Position numbers and translations under genes: made by a program. Positions 45,362-55,049 of a stretch of DNA of 62,767 bases are shown here, one piece after another. The notes beneath the pieces were generated by a model, which worked only from the letters and a program-made list of their open reading frames with translations, was not told the origin of the DNA and searched no databases. The stretch is from a virus. Lineage: Duplodnaviria > Caudoviricetes. Location of the stretch: the IMG/VR virus record IMGVR_UViG_3300025647_000034, positions 1-62,767 of that record, one strand, 5' to 3'. Each line of letters starts with the position of its first letter. The stretch's first letter is position 1.

Positions 45362-47556
45362 ACTATGGCTTATACCAAATAACGGATATCAAGTTACCCA
45401 AGCGGAAGCATTGGGACTATGGCTACGTGCCTGAGCACGACGTGGTGGTCATCTCTCGTGACGGGACAGTCGGAGAGGTGTACGAGATCAATGGACTGAA
45501 GGTGGCGCTCCCAAAGGCTCCCGACAAGATTGACAAGACCCATAACAAGTGGATGCCAAAAGACTTGCCAAAGGAGCTGGACAAGGTCAAGAGCATATTC
45601 GAGTGGAACAGGCGTGACAACGCCTTCAAGGCCAAGTGGGTGGACTACATCGAGCAGGAGTTTGACAGACGTGACAACGGGCATTGGTTCATGAACAATG
45701 GCAAGCCAACCTACGTTACAGGATCGCACTACATGTATCTGCAGTGGACAAAGATTGACGTAGGTCACCCTGAGTTCCGTGAGGCCAACCGCATATTCTA
45801 CATATACTGGGAGGCCTGCAAGGCAGACACGAGGAGCTTCGGCATGTGCTACCTCAAGAACCGTCGTTCGGGTTTCTCATTCATGTCCAGCTCGGAGATA
45901 GTTAACCAAGCAACAATTACTAGAGATTCTCGCTTTGGTATAGTATCAAAGACAGGTGCTGACGCCAAGAAGATGTTTACCGACAAGGTGGTGCCAATTT
46001 CTAGTCACTATCCGTTCTTCTTCAAGCCGGTACAGGACGGTATGGACAAGCCAAAGACAGAGCTTGCCTATCGTGTCCCTGCGTCCAAGATTACACGCAA
46101 GAACATTGACAACAGAGAAGAGGAGGATCTAGAGGGACTTGATACTACTATAGACTGGCGCAACACTGACGACAACAGCTATGACGGTGAGAAGCTACGC
46201 ATGCTCATCGAGGACGAGGCTGCGAAGTTGGAGCGTCCGAACAATATCCTGAATGGTTGGCGTGTTCGTAAGACATGTCTTCGTTTGGGTAGTAAGGTCA
46301 TTGGCAAGTGCATGATGGGCTCTACCTGTAATGCATTGGACAAGGGTGGTGACAACTTCAAGAAGCTGTACGAGGACTCGAACCCACGTGAGCGCAACGC
46401 CAACGGGCAGACCAAGAGTGGTCTGTACGCCCTGTTCATACCCATGGAGTGGAACTTCGAAGGTTACTTTGACGAGTATGGCTGGCCCATCCTTGAGGTT
46501 GAGCCTGGTCAGCACGTAGTAAACTCAGAAGGTAACTACATGGATATCAGCGTGATACAATACTGGGAGAACGAGGTCAAGTCACTCAAGAGCGACTCTG
46601 ACGCACTGAACGAGTTCTATCGTCAGTTCCCACGCACAGAGGCACATGCGTTCCGTGACGAGAGTAAGAACTCTCTGTTCAACCTGACCAAGATATACCA
46701 ACAGATAGATTACAATGATACACTTATTAAAGAGCGTGTTCTCACACGTGGCCGCTTCCATTGGCGTGATGGCAAGCAAGACACGGAGGTCATTTGGACG
46801 CCTGACCCCAGTGGTAGGTTTCTCGTTTCTTGGCTACCGGCACAACACCAACGCAACCGAGTCACAACAAGAAATGGACTAAAGTACCCGGGCAATGAGC
46901 ACATGGGCTCGTTCGGATGTGACCCATATGATATCTCTGCTGTTACGTTTGGCCGTGGCTCTGCTGGGGCTCTTCATGGTATGACCAAGTTCCACATGGA
47001 CGAGGGGCCAAGCAATACGTTCTTCTTGGAATACGTGGCAAGGCCACAGACGGCTGAGATATTCTTCGAGGACATTATAATGGCCATACACTTTTATGGC
47101 ATGCCAATCTTGGCGGAGAACAACAAGGCACGTCTGCTGTACTACATGAAGGAGCGTGGCTACAGGCCGTTCTCTATGAACAGGCCAGATCGTAAGCTCA
47201 ATATGCTATCGAAGACCGAGAAAGAGTTGGGTGGTATACCAAACTCATCGGAAGATGTGAAGCAGGCTCACGCCACAGCCATTGAGACATATATAGAGAA
47301 GCATGTCGGTTTTGATGCGGAGGGTTCATACCGAGAGCCTGACGAGATTGGTAACATGTACTTTTCAAGGACCTTACAGGACTGGGCACGGTTTGACATA
47401 AACAACCGTACAAAATATGACGCAGCCATTAGCAGCGGATTGGCATTGATGGCAAATCAAAAGTTTATGTTGGACACAAAGCCAAAGAATGAAAAGATTA
47501 GCATCAAGTTTCCAACGTATACAAATAAAGGGTATATTAGCGAGATAAGGAAATAG
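45358..47556 (+). CDS. terL: Terminase large subunit
   Basis: KNRRSGFS (Walker A variant), IEDEAAK (Walker B), MGST, GCDPYD nuclease motif, YDAAISSGLAL. Confidence 0.9.
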   Translation: MNYGLYQITDIKLPKRKHWDYGYVPEHDVVVISRDGTVGEVYEINGLKVALPKAPDKIDKTHNKWMPKDLPKELDKVKSIFEWNRRDNAFKAKWVDYIEQEFDRRDNGHWFMNNGKPTYVTGSHYMYLQWTKIDVGHPEFREANRIFYIYWEACKADTRSFGMCYLKNRRSGFSFMSSSEIVNQATITRDSRFGIVSKTGADAKKMFTDKVVPISSHYPFFFKPVQDGMDKPKTELAYRVPASKITRKNIDNREEEDLEGLDTTIDWRNTDDNSYDGEKLRMLIEDEAAKLERPNNILNGWRVRKTCLRLGSKVIGKCMMGSTCNALDKGGDNFKKLYEDSNPRERNANGQTKSGLYALFIPMEWNFEGYFDEYGWPILEVEPGQHVVNSEGNYMDISVIQYWENEVKSLKSDSDALNEFYRQFPRTEAHAFRDESKNSLFNLTKIYQQIDYNDTLIKERVLTRGRFHWRDGKQDTEVIWTPDPSGRFLVSWLPAQHQRNRVTTRNGLKYPGNEHMGSFGCDPYDISAVTFGRGSAGALHGMTKFHMDEGPSNTFFLEYVARPQTAEIFFEDIIMAIHFYGMPILAENNKARLLYYMKERGYRPFSMNRPDRKLNMLSKTEKELGGIPNSSEDVKQAHATAIETYIEKHVGFDAEGSYREPDEIGNMYFSRTLQDWARFDINNRTKYDAAISSGLALMANQKFMLDTKPKNEKISIKFPTYTNKGYISEIRK

Positions 47557-47576
47557 CCCTATCTTTGCAGAAAACA

Positions 47577-50006
47577 ATGGCGGATCAGAAAATTATTCTT
47601 CCATACGTATCGTTCCCGAACCAACTTGCTACCGACGCTGAGAAGGCATCGGAGGAGTATGGCCTGAAGGTGGGCCAAAGCATCCAATACGAGTGGTTCA
47701 GGAATGGTGGCGGTTCATGCCGCTACTACGATCAATGGATTCAGTTTCACAAACTCCGCTTGTACGCACGTGGTGAGCAGCCCGTTGGGAAGTACAAGAA
47801 TGAGTTGGCTGTAGACGGGGACTTGTCCTACATGAACCTTGACTGGACGCCTGTTCCTATCATTCCAAAGTTCGTTGACATTGTCGTCAACGGAATGGCT
47901 GATCGGTTGTTTACGGTTAAGGCCTATGCCCAGGATGCCATGAGCGCAGAGAAGCGTTCTCAGTATCAGGACATGGTCGAGGCCGATATGGTGGCTAAGG
48001 ATTTCTTGCTGCAAGCTAAAGAAACATTTGGACTGGACGCATTCAGCGTTCCTCCCGATGAGCTTCCAGGTAGCGATCAAGAGTTGAATCTGTATATGCA
48101 GATCAACTACAAGCCAAGCATTGAAATTGCAGAAGAAGAAGCTATACACACTTTGCTCGACAAGAATCGCTATGATGAGATTCGCAAACGGGTTGATTAT
48201 GACATTACAGTCGTGGGCCTTGGAATGGTTAAACATTCCTTCGACATGGCCAATGGTGTTAAGATTGATTACGTTGATCCTGCTAATGTCGTATATTCAT
48301 ACACGGAATCTCCTACGTTTGATGACTGCTTCTACTTCGGAGAGGTCAAGACGGTCCCGATTACAGAGATTAAAAAGATCAAGCCTGATATTACAAAGGA
48401 AGAGCTTGAGGAGATTTCGAAGATTGGCAGCAGTTGGTGGGATTATTACCCTGCGATTCGGGCATACCGTGACAGCCTCTTTGATAGAGACGCCGTCACG
48501 TTGCTATACTTCAGTTACAAAACTGACAAGAAGTTTGTATACAAGAAGAAGTTCTTAGAGAACGGAGGAGAGAAGGTAATCCGCAAGGACGAGAGCTTCA
48601 ATCCCCCAGCAGAAGAGCAAGAGCGCTACGAGCGTATCGAGAAGCGTATTGACGTGTGGTATGATGGCGTGATGGTCATGGGCTCTAATACTCTCCTCAA
48701 GTGGGAGCTTCAGAAGAACATGGTTCGTCCAAAGTCTGCATCTCAGTATAGCATTCCTACCTACATTGCTGTTGCGCCTCGCATGTACAAGGGCGTTATT
48801 GAGTCGTTGGTTAGACGAATGATTCCATTCGCAGACTTGATTCAGGTTACGCACTTGAAGCTTCAGCAGGTCCTGTCTAAGATTGTACCCGATGGTGTAT
48901 TCATTGATGCAGATGGCTTGAATGAGGTTGACCTAGGCAATGGTGCTGCGTACAACCCAGAGGACGCCTTGCGTCTATACTTCCAAACGGGTAGTGTAAT
49001 TGGACGCTCCTACACTCAAGACGGAGAGTTTAACAACGCACGAGTTCCCATCCAGGAGCTTAGCAAGAACAGTGGACAGGCGAAGATTGCAAGCCTTATT
49101 GGTGCTTATAACCAATACATGCAGCAGCTTCGTGATGTGACTGGTCTTAATGAGGCACGTGATGGCTCTATGCCGGATCCCGACTCGTTGGTTGGTCTTC
49201 AGAAGTTGGCTGCCGCAAACAGCAACACGGCTACTCGCCACATCTTGGAGGGATCACTGACCATCACTAAGCGTTTGGCTGAAGCCGTATCATGTCGTGT
49301 GGCTGACATCTTAGAGTATGCTGACTTTGCTGAAGAGTTCGCCATGCAGATCGGCAAGAACAATGTCGGTGTACTGGACGAAATCTCTGACCTATACATC
49401 TACGACTTTGGTATCTTCATCGAGGTTTCTCCCGACGAGGAGCAGAAGGCTCAGCTTGAGGCCAACATTCAGATGGCTTTGAGCCGTGACCAGATCTCAT
49501 TGGAGGACGCCATTGACATCCGTCAGATGAAGAACATCAAGTTGGCCAACGAGCTGCTGAAGATGAAGCGCAAGCAGAAGCAGAAGCAAGACATGGACAA
49601 CGAGCAGCAGAAGATGCAGATGCAGACTCAAGCCAATATCCAGTCTTCTCAGGCTGCAGCTGAGTCTAAGATGCAGCAGATCCAAGCTGAGTCACAGGCC
49701 AAGATGCAGATCGAGCAGGCCAAGAATCAGTTCGAGATCGAGAAGATGCAGGCGGAGGCCAACCTGAAGCTGCAGTTGATGGAGCGTGAGTTCCAAATGC
49801 AGATGCAGTTGAAAGGTGTAGAGGCTGAAGCTCTGAAGACTCGTGAACAGGACAGAGAGAAGGCTAAGGACAATCGTGTTAGCCTGCAGAATACGCAACA
49901 ATCAAAGCTCATTGAACAGAGGCAGAAAGATCTGCCTTCGATAAACTTCGAGTCTACTGAGGACACCTTGGATGGCTTCGATTTATCGCAATTTGAGCCT
50001 AGATAA
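47577..50006 (+). CDS. Portal protein
   Basis: Follows terL; PIIPKFVDIVVNG, TGLNEARDG, Q-rich C-terminal coil; promoter TATCTTTG at 47560. Confidence 0.85.
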   Translation: MADQKIILPYVSFPNQLATDAEKASEEYGLKVGQSIQYEWFRNGGGSCRYYDQWIQFHKLRLYARGEQPVGKYKNELAVDGDLSYMNLDWTPVPIIPKFVDIVVNGMADRLFTVKAYAQDAMSAEKRSQYQDMVEADMVAKDFLLQAKETFGLDAFSVPPDELPGSDQELNLYMQINYKPSIEIAEEEAIHTLLDKNRYDEIRKRVDYDITVVGLGMVKHSFDMANGVKIDYVDPANVVYSYTESPTFDDCFYFGEVKTVPITEIKKIKPDITKEELEEISKIGSSWWDYYPAIRAYRDSLFDRDAVTLLYFSYKTDKKFVYKKKFLENGGEKVIRKDESFNPPAEEQERYERIEKRIDVWYDGVMVMGSNTLLKWELQKNMVRPKSASQYSIPTYIAVAPRMYKGVIESLVRRMIPFADLIQVTHLKLQQVLSKIVPDGVFIDADGLNEVDLGNGAAYNPEDALRLYFQTGSVIGRSYTQDGEFNNARVPIQELSKNSGQAKIASLIGAYNQYMQQLRDVTGLNEARDGSMPDPDSLVGLQKLAAANSNTATRHILEGSLTITKRLAEAVSCRVADILEYADFAEEFAMQIGKNNVGVLDEISDLYIYDFGIFIEVSPDEEQKAQLEANIQMALSRDQISLEDAIDIRQMKNIKLANELLKMKRKQKQKQDMDNEQQKMQMQTQANIQSSQAAAESKMQQIQAESQAKMQIEQAKNQFEIEKMQAEANLKLQLMEREFQMQMQLKGVEAEALKTREQDREKAKDNRVSLQNTQQSKLIEQRQKDLPSINFESTEDTLDGFDLSQFEPR

Positions 50007-50038
50007 AAATCTATAACTTTGTACCAAAATTTAATCTT

Positions 50039-51133
50039 ATGGCAGAATTAAAAATCCGTGAAGTTTCTGCTGAAGAGCCAAAGTCAGTCCAAGAGGTTGA
50101 AGAGGCACTTTTGCAGAAACACGAAGAGGAACAAGCGGCCCTCGAACAAACACAGGAGGAAACCCCTGTAGAAGAACCTGAAGCGAAAGAAGAGGCAACT
50201 CCAATTGAGCTTACAGAACAAGACGTTCTAAGTTTTATTAAGAATCGCTACAACAATGTAGAGGCAAACTCCATCGACGACATCTTGGCTTCACGTAGCC
50301 AGGAAGAGTTGCCAGAGGATGTGTCTGCATTTTTGAAGTACAAAAAGGAAACAGGTCGTGGACTCGATGACTTCATGAAGTTGAATCAAGACTTCGAGAA
50401 GATGAGTTCAGACCAATTGTTGGCTTCTTACATCAAGGAAACAAACCCAATGTTTGATGACGAGGATGTGTTGATGGAAATGGAAAACTTCAAGTATGAT
50501 GAAGACTTGGACGACGACAAGACCATTAAGAAGCAGAAGCTGGCAATGAAAAGAGAGCTTGCAAAAGCCAAGGAGTATTTTGAGAAGCAGAAGGAGCAAT
50601 ACAAAGTGCCATTAGAGTCTAAGGCAACTTCAGTTCCCGCAGCGGACCAAGAAGGCTACGAGGCTTACAAGAAATATAACCAAGAGCTCACGCAGATGCA
50701 ACAAGAGCAGATGAAGCGTTCAGAGTTTTTCCTGCAGAAAACCAATGAGGTGTTCAACGACAAGTTCGAAGGTTTCGACTTTACAATCGGAGAATCAACC
50801 TATAAGTTTAAACCAGGGGAGGCGGAGAAGGTAAAGGCTTCTCAATCTGACATCAACAACTTCATTTCCAAATTCGTTGACGAAAATGGATATGTGAAAG
50901 ATGCAGCTGCGTATCACAAGGCAATGTCTGCCGCTTTGAATGCCGATGCTTTGGCCAGGTTCTTCTACGAGAAGGGCAAGTCCGAGGCGATTGAAAGTGT
51001 AAGCAAGGAGAGCAAGAATGTCCAAATGGGTGTTCGCCAATCTGCTCAACCTGCCGCAAACTTCAGTGGTTTAAAAGTGTCGTCATTGGATAGTGATTCG
51101 GGCAACGGGTTAAGAATAAAGATAAAACAATAA
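50039..51133 (+). CDS. Putative scaffolding protein
   Basis: Acidic helical protein between portal and capsid genes. Confidence 0.7.
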   Translation: MAELKIREVSAEEPKSVQEVEEALLQKHEEEQAALEQTQEETPVEEPEAKEEATPIELTEQDVLSFIKNRYNNVEANSIDDILASRSQEELPEDVSAFLKYKKETGRGLDDFMKLNQDFEKMSSDQLLASYIKETNPMFDDEDVLMEMENFKYDEDLDDDKTIKKQKLAMKRELAKAKEYFEKQKEQYKVPLESKATSVPAADQEGYEAYKKYNQELTQMQQEQMKRSEFFLQKTNEVFNDKFEGFDFTIGESTYKFKPGEAEKVKASQSDINNFISKFVDENGYVKDAAAYHKAMSAALNADALARFFYEKGKSEAIESVSKESKNVQMGVRQSAQPAANFSGLKVSSLDSDSGNGLRIKIKQ

Positions 51134-51159
51134 CAATAACTTTTTAAAAACACACAAAA

Positions 51160-52545
51160 ATGGCTGTATTAAGCGTACCGGGTTATGACTTAACCCCCAG
51201 TTCCGTGAAGGCTGCATTGCCCACGAACTACATTACTAATTTTGACTTCTTGAACCAGTATCTTCCTGATACTTACGAGAAGGAATTCGAGCGTTATGGA
51301 AACCGTTCCATCGCTTCTTTCTTGCGCATGGTAGGTGCAGAAATGCCCTCCAACTCTGACTTGATCAAATGGGCTGAGCAAGGCCGTTTGCACACTCAGT
51401 ACACTGGTGTATCTACTACTGGTGCTGTTTCTTCCGGTACTCAAACCTTCGACATCGGAACTGGAACTTGTGTTTTCCGTGTAGGTCAAACCGTTATCTT
51501 GTCTTCTGCTGCTGGCGCTAAGGTTCAAAAGGGTATCATCACCGCTTTGCCTGCTGCTGATCAGTTCACAGTTGCTTTCTACGGTGCTACCTCTCCTGGA
51601 TTCACTAGCCCCACAACTGACATCGTTGCTTTCGTTTATGGTTCTGAATTCAAAAAAGGATCAAACGGTATGCAAGGTTCTTTGGAGGCTGAAGACGTAA
51701 TCTTCGAAAACAGCCCCATCATCATCAAGGATAAGTATGCTGTTAGCGGTTCTGACATGGCTCAGATCGGCTGGGTAGAAGTGACTACCGAGAACGGTGC
51801 TACTGGTTACTTGTGGTACTTGAAGAGTGAGCACGAGACTCGCTTGCGTTTCGAAGACTACTTGGAAATGGCTATGGTTGAAGGCGTTCCTGCTGAAACT
51901 GGTTCTGGCGCTGTAGCCGTAACTGGTGACGTTGGAAACAAGGGTACCGAAGGTATGTTCTATACCATCGAAAACCGTGGTAACGTTTGGGGCGGTGGCT
52001 ATCCCACCACTTTGAGCGACTTTGATGCCATCATTCAGCGTTTGGACAAGCAAGGTTCTATCCAAGAAAACGCTTTGTTCGTAAACCGTGAGTTCAGCTT
52101 CTCTATCGACGACATGTTGGCTGCTCAAAACAGCTACGGTGCTGGTGGAACTAGCTACGGTTTGTTCAACAACAGCGAGCAAATGGCTTTGAACTTGGGC
52201 TTCACCGGCTTCAAGCGTGGCTATGAGTTCTACAAGACCGATTGGAAGTATTTGAACGATCCCACTTTGCGTGGTGGTGTTACTGCTGACAACGTGAACG
52301 GTGTATTGGTTCCTGCTGGTTCTACCACTGTTTATGACATGGTTTTGGGTAAGAACGCCAAGCGTCCTTTCTTGCACGTTCGTTACCGTGCCTCTGAGGC
52401 CGAGAATCGTCGTTACAAGACTTGGATGACTGGTTCTGCTGGAGGTGCTGCTACTAGCGACTTGGACGCAATGGAAGTTCACTTCTTGTCTGAGCGTGCT
52501 TTGTGCACCATGGGTGCTAACAACTTCTTCATCTTCCAAGACTAA
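51160..52545 (+). CDS. Major capsid protein
   Basis: Position, strong codon bias, following terminator. Confidence 0.85.
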   Translation: MAVLSVPGYDLTPSSVKAALPTNYITNFDFLNQYLPDTYEKEFERYGNRSIASFLRMVGAEMPSNSDLIKWAEQGRLHTQYTGVSTTGAVSSGTQTFDIGTGTCVFRVGQTVILSSAAGAKVQKGIITALPAADQFTVAFYGATSPGFTSPTTDIVAFVYGSEFKKGSNGMQGSLEAEDVIFENSPIIIKDKYAVSGSDMAQIGWVEVTTENGATGYLWYLKSEHETRLRFEDYLEMAMVEGVPAETGSGAVAVTGDVGNKGTEGMFYTIENRGNVWGGGYPTTLSDFDAIIQRLDKQGSIQENALFVNREFSFSIDDMLAAQNSYGAGGTSYGLFNNSEQMALNLGFTGFKRGYEFYKTDWKYLNDPTLRGGVTADNVNGVLVPAGSTTVYDMVLGKNAKRPFLHVRYRASEAENRRYKTWMTGSAGGAATSDLDAMEVHFLSERALCTMGANNFFIFQD

Positions 52546-52570
52546 GATAGTCGTTAGACAGACAATAAGA

Positions 52571-52598
52571 AGAGGGGTGGAAACGCCCCTCTTTTTTT
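52571..52598 (+). terminator. Intrinsic terminator after the capsid gene
   Basis: AGAGGGGTG.GAAA.CGCCCCTCT plus T-run. Confidence 0.85.
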
Positions 52599-52629
52599 GT
52601 GCTATATTTGCAGTGTAAAATTTAATATT

Positions 52630-53358
52630 ATGGAATTTAAAGATCGAATTTATGCACTGAAGGGTCGCAGTACCCCTCTGTCATTCACCTTGGCTTCTCG
52701 CCACACACAGAAATCACCACTTCTTTACTTTGACGAAAAGACCGGCATGAACCGTGCTTTGCGTTATGCACGAAACCAAAAGTCGCCATTCATGGATGAG
52801 CAGGACGAGCATGCTATCGTTGAGCCCATCGTATTTGAGGATGGCATATTGAAGGTTGACAAGAAGAACACAATGCTAAATAAGTTCTTGGAATTGCACC
52901 CAAAGAATGGCGTTGTGTTCGAAGAGGTTGATGTTGAGCGTGATGCGCAAAAAGAACTTGATGACATCAATTATGAAATTGAAGCTTTGATTGCTGCCAA
53001 GTCTTTGCCAATTGAAAAGATGGAAGCCATCTGTCGTGTAGCTTTAGGCTTGAACGTTGAGAAGATGTCATCTTCAGAATTGAAGCGTGACGTATTGATC
53101 TATGCAAAAGGAAATCCAAAAGAGTTCTTAGAGATGCTTGACGACCCCGACATGGACTTGGATGATCATGCATACCAATTTGTAAATGCAGGCCTGATTT
53201 CCGTTCGCAGAAACGGTGACTTGTGGTTTAGTTTGCCAGATAACAAGAAGAAGATCTGTTCCACACCATACGGTCAAGACCCTATGGACGTATTGGCCGC
53301 ATGGCTGATGACAGACGAAGGTATAGAGGCTACTAAGACATTGTCAGCAATGTTATAA
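52630..53358 (+). CDS. Hypothetical protein (head module)
   Basis: Start MEFKDR; promoter TATATTTG at 52603. Confidence 0.7.
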   Translation: MEFKDRIYALKGRSTPLSFTLASRHTQKSPLLYFDEKTGMNRALRYARNQKSPFMDEQDEHAIVEPIVFEDGILKVDKKNTMLNKFLELHPKNGVVFEEVDVERDAQKELDDINYEIEALIAAKSLPIEKMEAICRVALGLNVEKMSSSELKRDVLIYAKGNPKEFLEMLDDPDMDLDDHAYQFVNAGLISVRRNGDLWFSLPDNKKKICSTPYGQDPMDVLAAWLMTDEGIEATKTLSAML

Positions 53359-53378
53359 TCTACACCTATACAGTAAAG

Positions 53379-53407
53379 GGCCATCCGACCTCGGGTGGCC
53401 TTTTTTT
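53379..53407 (+). terminator. Intrinsic terminator
   Basis: GGCCATCCGA.CC.TCGGGTGGCC plus T7. Confidence 0.85.
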
Positions 53408-53422
53408 GTTATCTTTGTGCAA

Positions 53423-54130
53423 ATGATCAACGAGGTCAGAAACACTGTGATGGCAGTCTTGAACAAGGACAACAACGGGTACGTAACACCCGAAGAGTTC
53501 AACTTGTTCGCCAAGCAAGCGCAGCTTGAAGTCTTCGAGGATTACTTCTTCCGTTATCGTAATGCAGTGACAATGATGAATAGCCGCACTTCTAACAGCG
53601 GCTATGCTGACTTGCTCAAACAAACAGGAGAAGTGATTGACTCGTTCTCCGAGTCTGCTACATTGGTACTGGACAGCGGAAGCAGCTTTAAGCTTCCAGC
53701 CAATTATTATTCTATCAACCAGGTTATCTACAACGGAAAAGAGGTAGAGCCTGTTACGCAATATAAAATCTTGAATCTGCTTTCGTCTAACTTGACTGCG
53801 CCAACAACTGGCTATCCAGCCTACATACAGCGTGATCGTGCTGCAGACGGAAGTGATTTGATTACCGTATACCCAACCACGATCAATGCCGGTGTTAGTG
53901 CGTTCTACGTTCGCTACCCACTTGATCCAAAGTGGACATACACTCAGATTGGCGGTAACCCATTGTTCAACCAGTCAGCTGTTGACTATCAGGACTTTGA
54001 GCTGCCTTTGTCAAACTTCAACGACATTGTCCTTCGCATCTTGCAGTATGCTGGTGTCAACATCCGTGAATACGAGGTTGCTCAGTTTGCAAAGCAAGAA
54101 GAGATGATGAATAAACAACAAGGAGAATAA
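53423..54130 (+). CDS. Putative head-tail adaptor/ring protein
   Basis: EFNLFAKQAQ...YVRYP...FELP...ILQYAG; position. Confidence 0.7.
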   Translation: MINEVRNTVMAVLNKDNNGYVTPEEFNLFAKQAQLEVFEDYFFRYRNAVTMMNSRTSNSGYADLLKQTGEVIDSFSESATLVLDSGSSFKLPANYYSINQVIYNGKEVEPVTQYKILNLLSSNLTAPTTGYPAYIQRDRAADGSDLITVYPTTINAGVSAFYVRYPLDPKWTYTQIGGNPLFNQSAVDYQDFELPLSNFNDIVLRILQYAGVNIREYEVAQFAKQEEMMNKQQGE

Positions 54131-55047
54131 TGGCCTACATTAGTAATTATCAATACTACACAAACAACGGAGTAGCGCCTACCGATCAGAACTGGGGCGA
54201 GTACCAGTATGTCAGCCTCTCCGACGTTGTCAATAACTTCATGATGATGTACATTGGAGATGACAAGCTCATCAACAATGTGAGTCGTTACAACGTTTTG
54301 TTTCACGCCAAGCGTGGTATCCAAGAGATTAACTACGATGCGCTGAAGAATACCAAGGTGATTGAGATTGAGGTTGGAGACGACCTTCAATTGATTCTCC
54401 CTCCAGACTATGTGAACTACATCCGTGTATCTGTTCAGAACAGCGGCGTGTTGTACCCATTGCACGAGAACACAAAGGTTAACTACGCCTCTGCGTACTT
54501 GCAGGACAATGACCTGAACGTGTTGTTTGACCAAGACGGCAATGTATTGACCGGTACATCTGACTTGGACGCACAACGCATCATGGGCAACCCACAGGCG
54601 CTGTACAATGGCACAGGCCCTTACGCAGGACAGTACGGCTGGTACGTTGACGGTGACTGGTACTTCGGTTACGCAGTCGGTGGATACTTTGGTTTGAACA
54701 CCGAGACCGCAAACGTGAACCCAAGCTTCCGTGTGAACAAGGCAGCCGGTGTCATTAACTTCAGCTCAGGCGTAGCCAACCAACTGATTGTGCTAGAGTA
54801 CGTATCAGATGGAATGGAGAACGGAGATGATGATAGTGTAAAGATCCACAAGTTCGCAGAAGAGTTCTTGTACTCTTACGTGAAGTGGGCTTTGCTCAAC
54901 AATAAGTTTGGTGTTCAAGAGTACGTGGTCAACCGAGCAAAGAAGGAGAAGACCGCAAACTTGCGCAACGCCAAGATCAGACTTAGCAATTTACACCCTG
55001 GCCGACTCTTGATGAACCTGAGAGGACAGGATAAGTGGATTAAATAA
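54130..55047 (+). CDS. Putative tail ring protein
   Basis: LPPDYVNY, LEYVSDG; position. Confidence 0.65.
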   Translation: MAYISNYQYYTNNGVAPTDQNWGEYQYVSLSDVVNNFMMMYIGDDKLINNVSRYNVLFHAKRGIQEINYDALKNTKVIEIEVGDDLQLILPPDYVNYIRVSVQNSGVLYPLHENTKVNYASAYLQDNDLNVLFDQDGNVLTGTSDLDAQRIMGNPQALYNGTGPYAGQYGWYVDGDWYFGYAVGGYFGLNTETANVNPSFRVNKAAGVINFSSGVANQLIVLEYVSDGMENGDDDSVKIHKFAEEFLYSYVKWALLNNKFGVQEYVVNRAKKEKTANLRNAKIRLSNLHPGRLLMNLRGQDKWIK

Positions 55048-55049
55048 AT

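Noticed and set aside
45358-50006. Stop-codon reassignment
   Set aside because: Core genes are intact in the standard code; terL and portal end normally at TAG
51661-52539. 292-aa antisense ORF and other nested or antisense ORFs in the track
   Set aside because: Shadows of codon-biased real genes, without promoters or motifs
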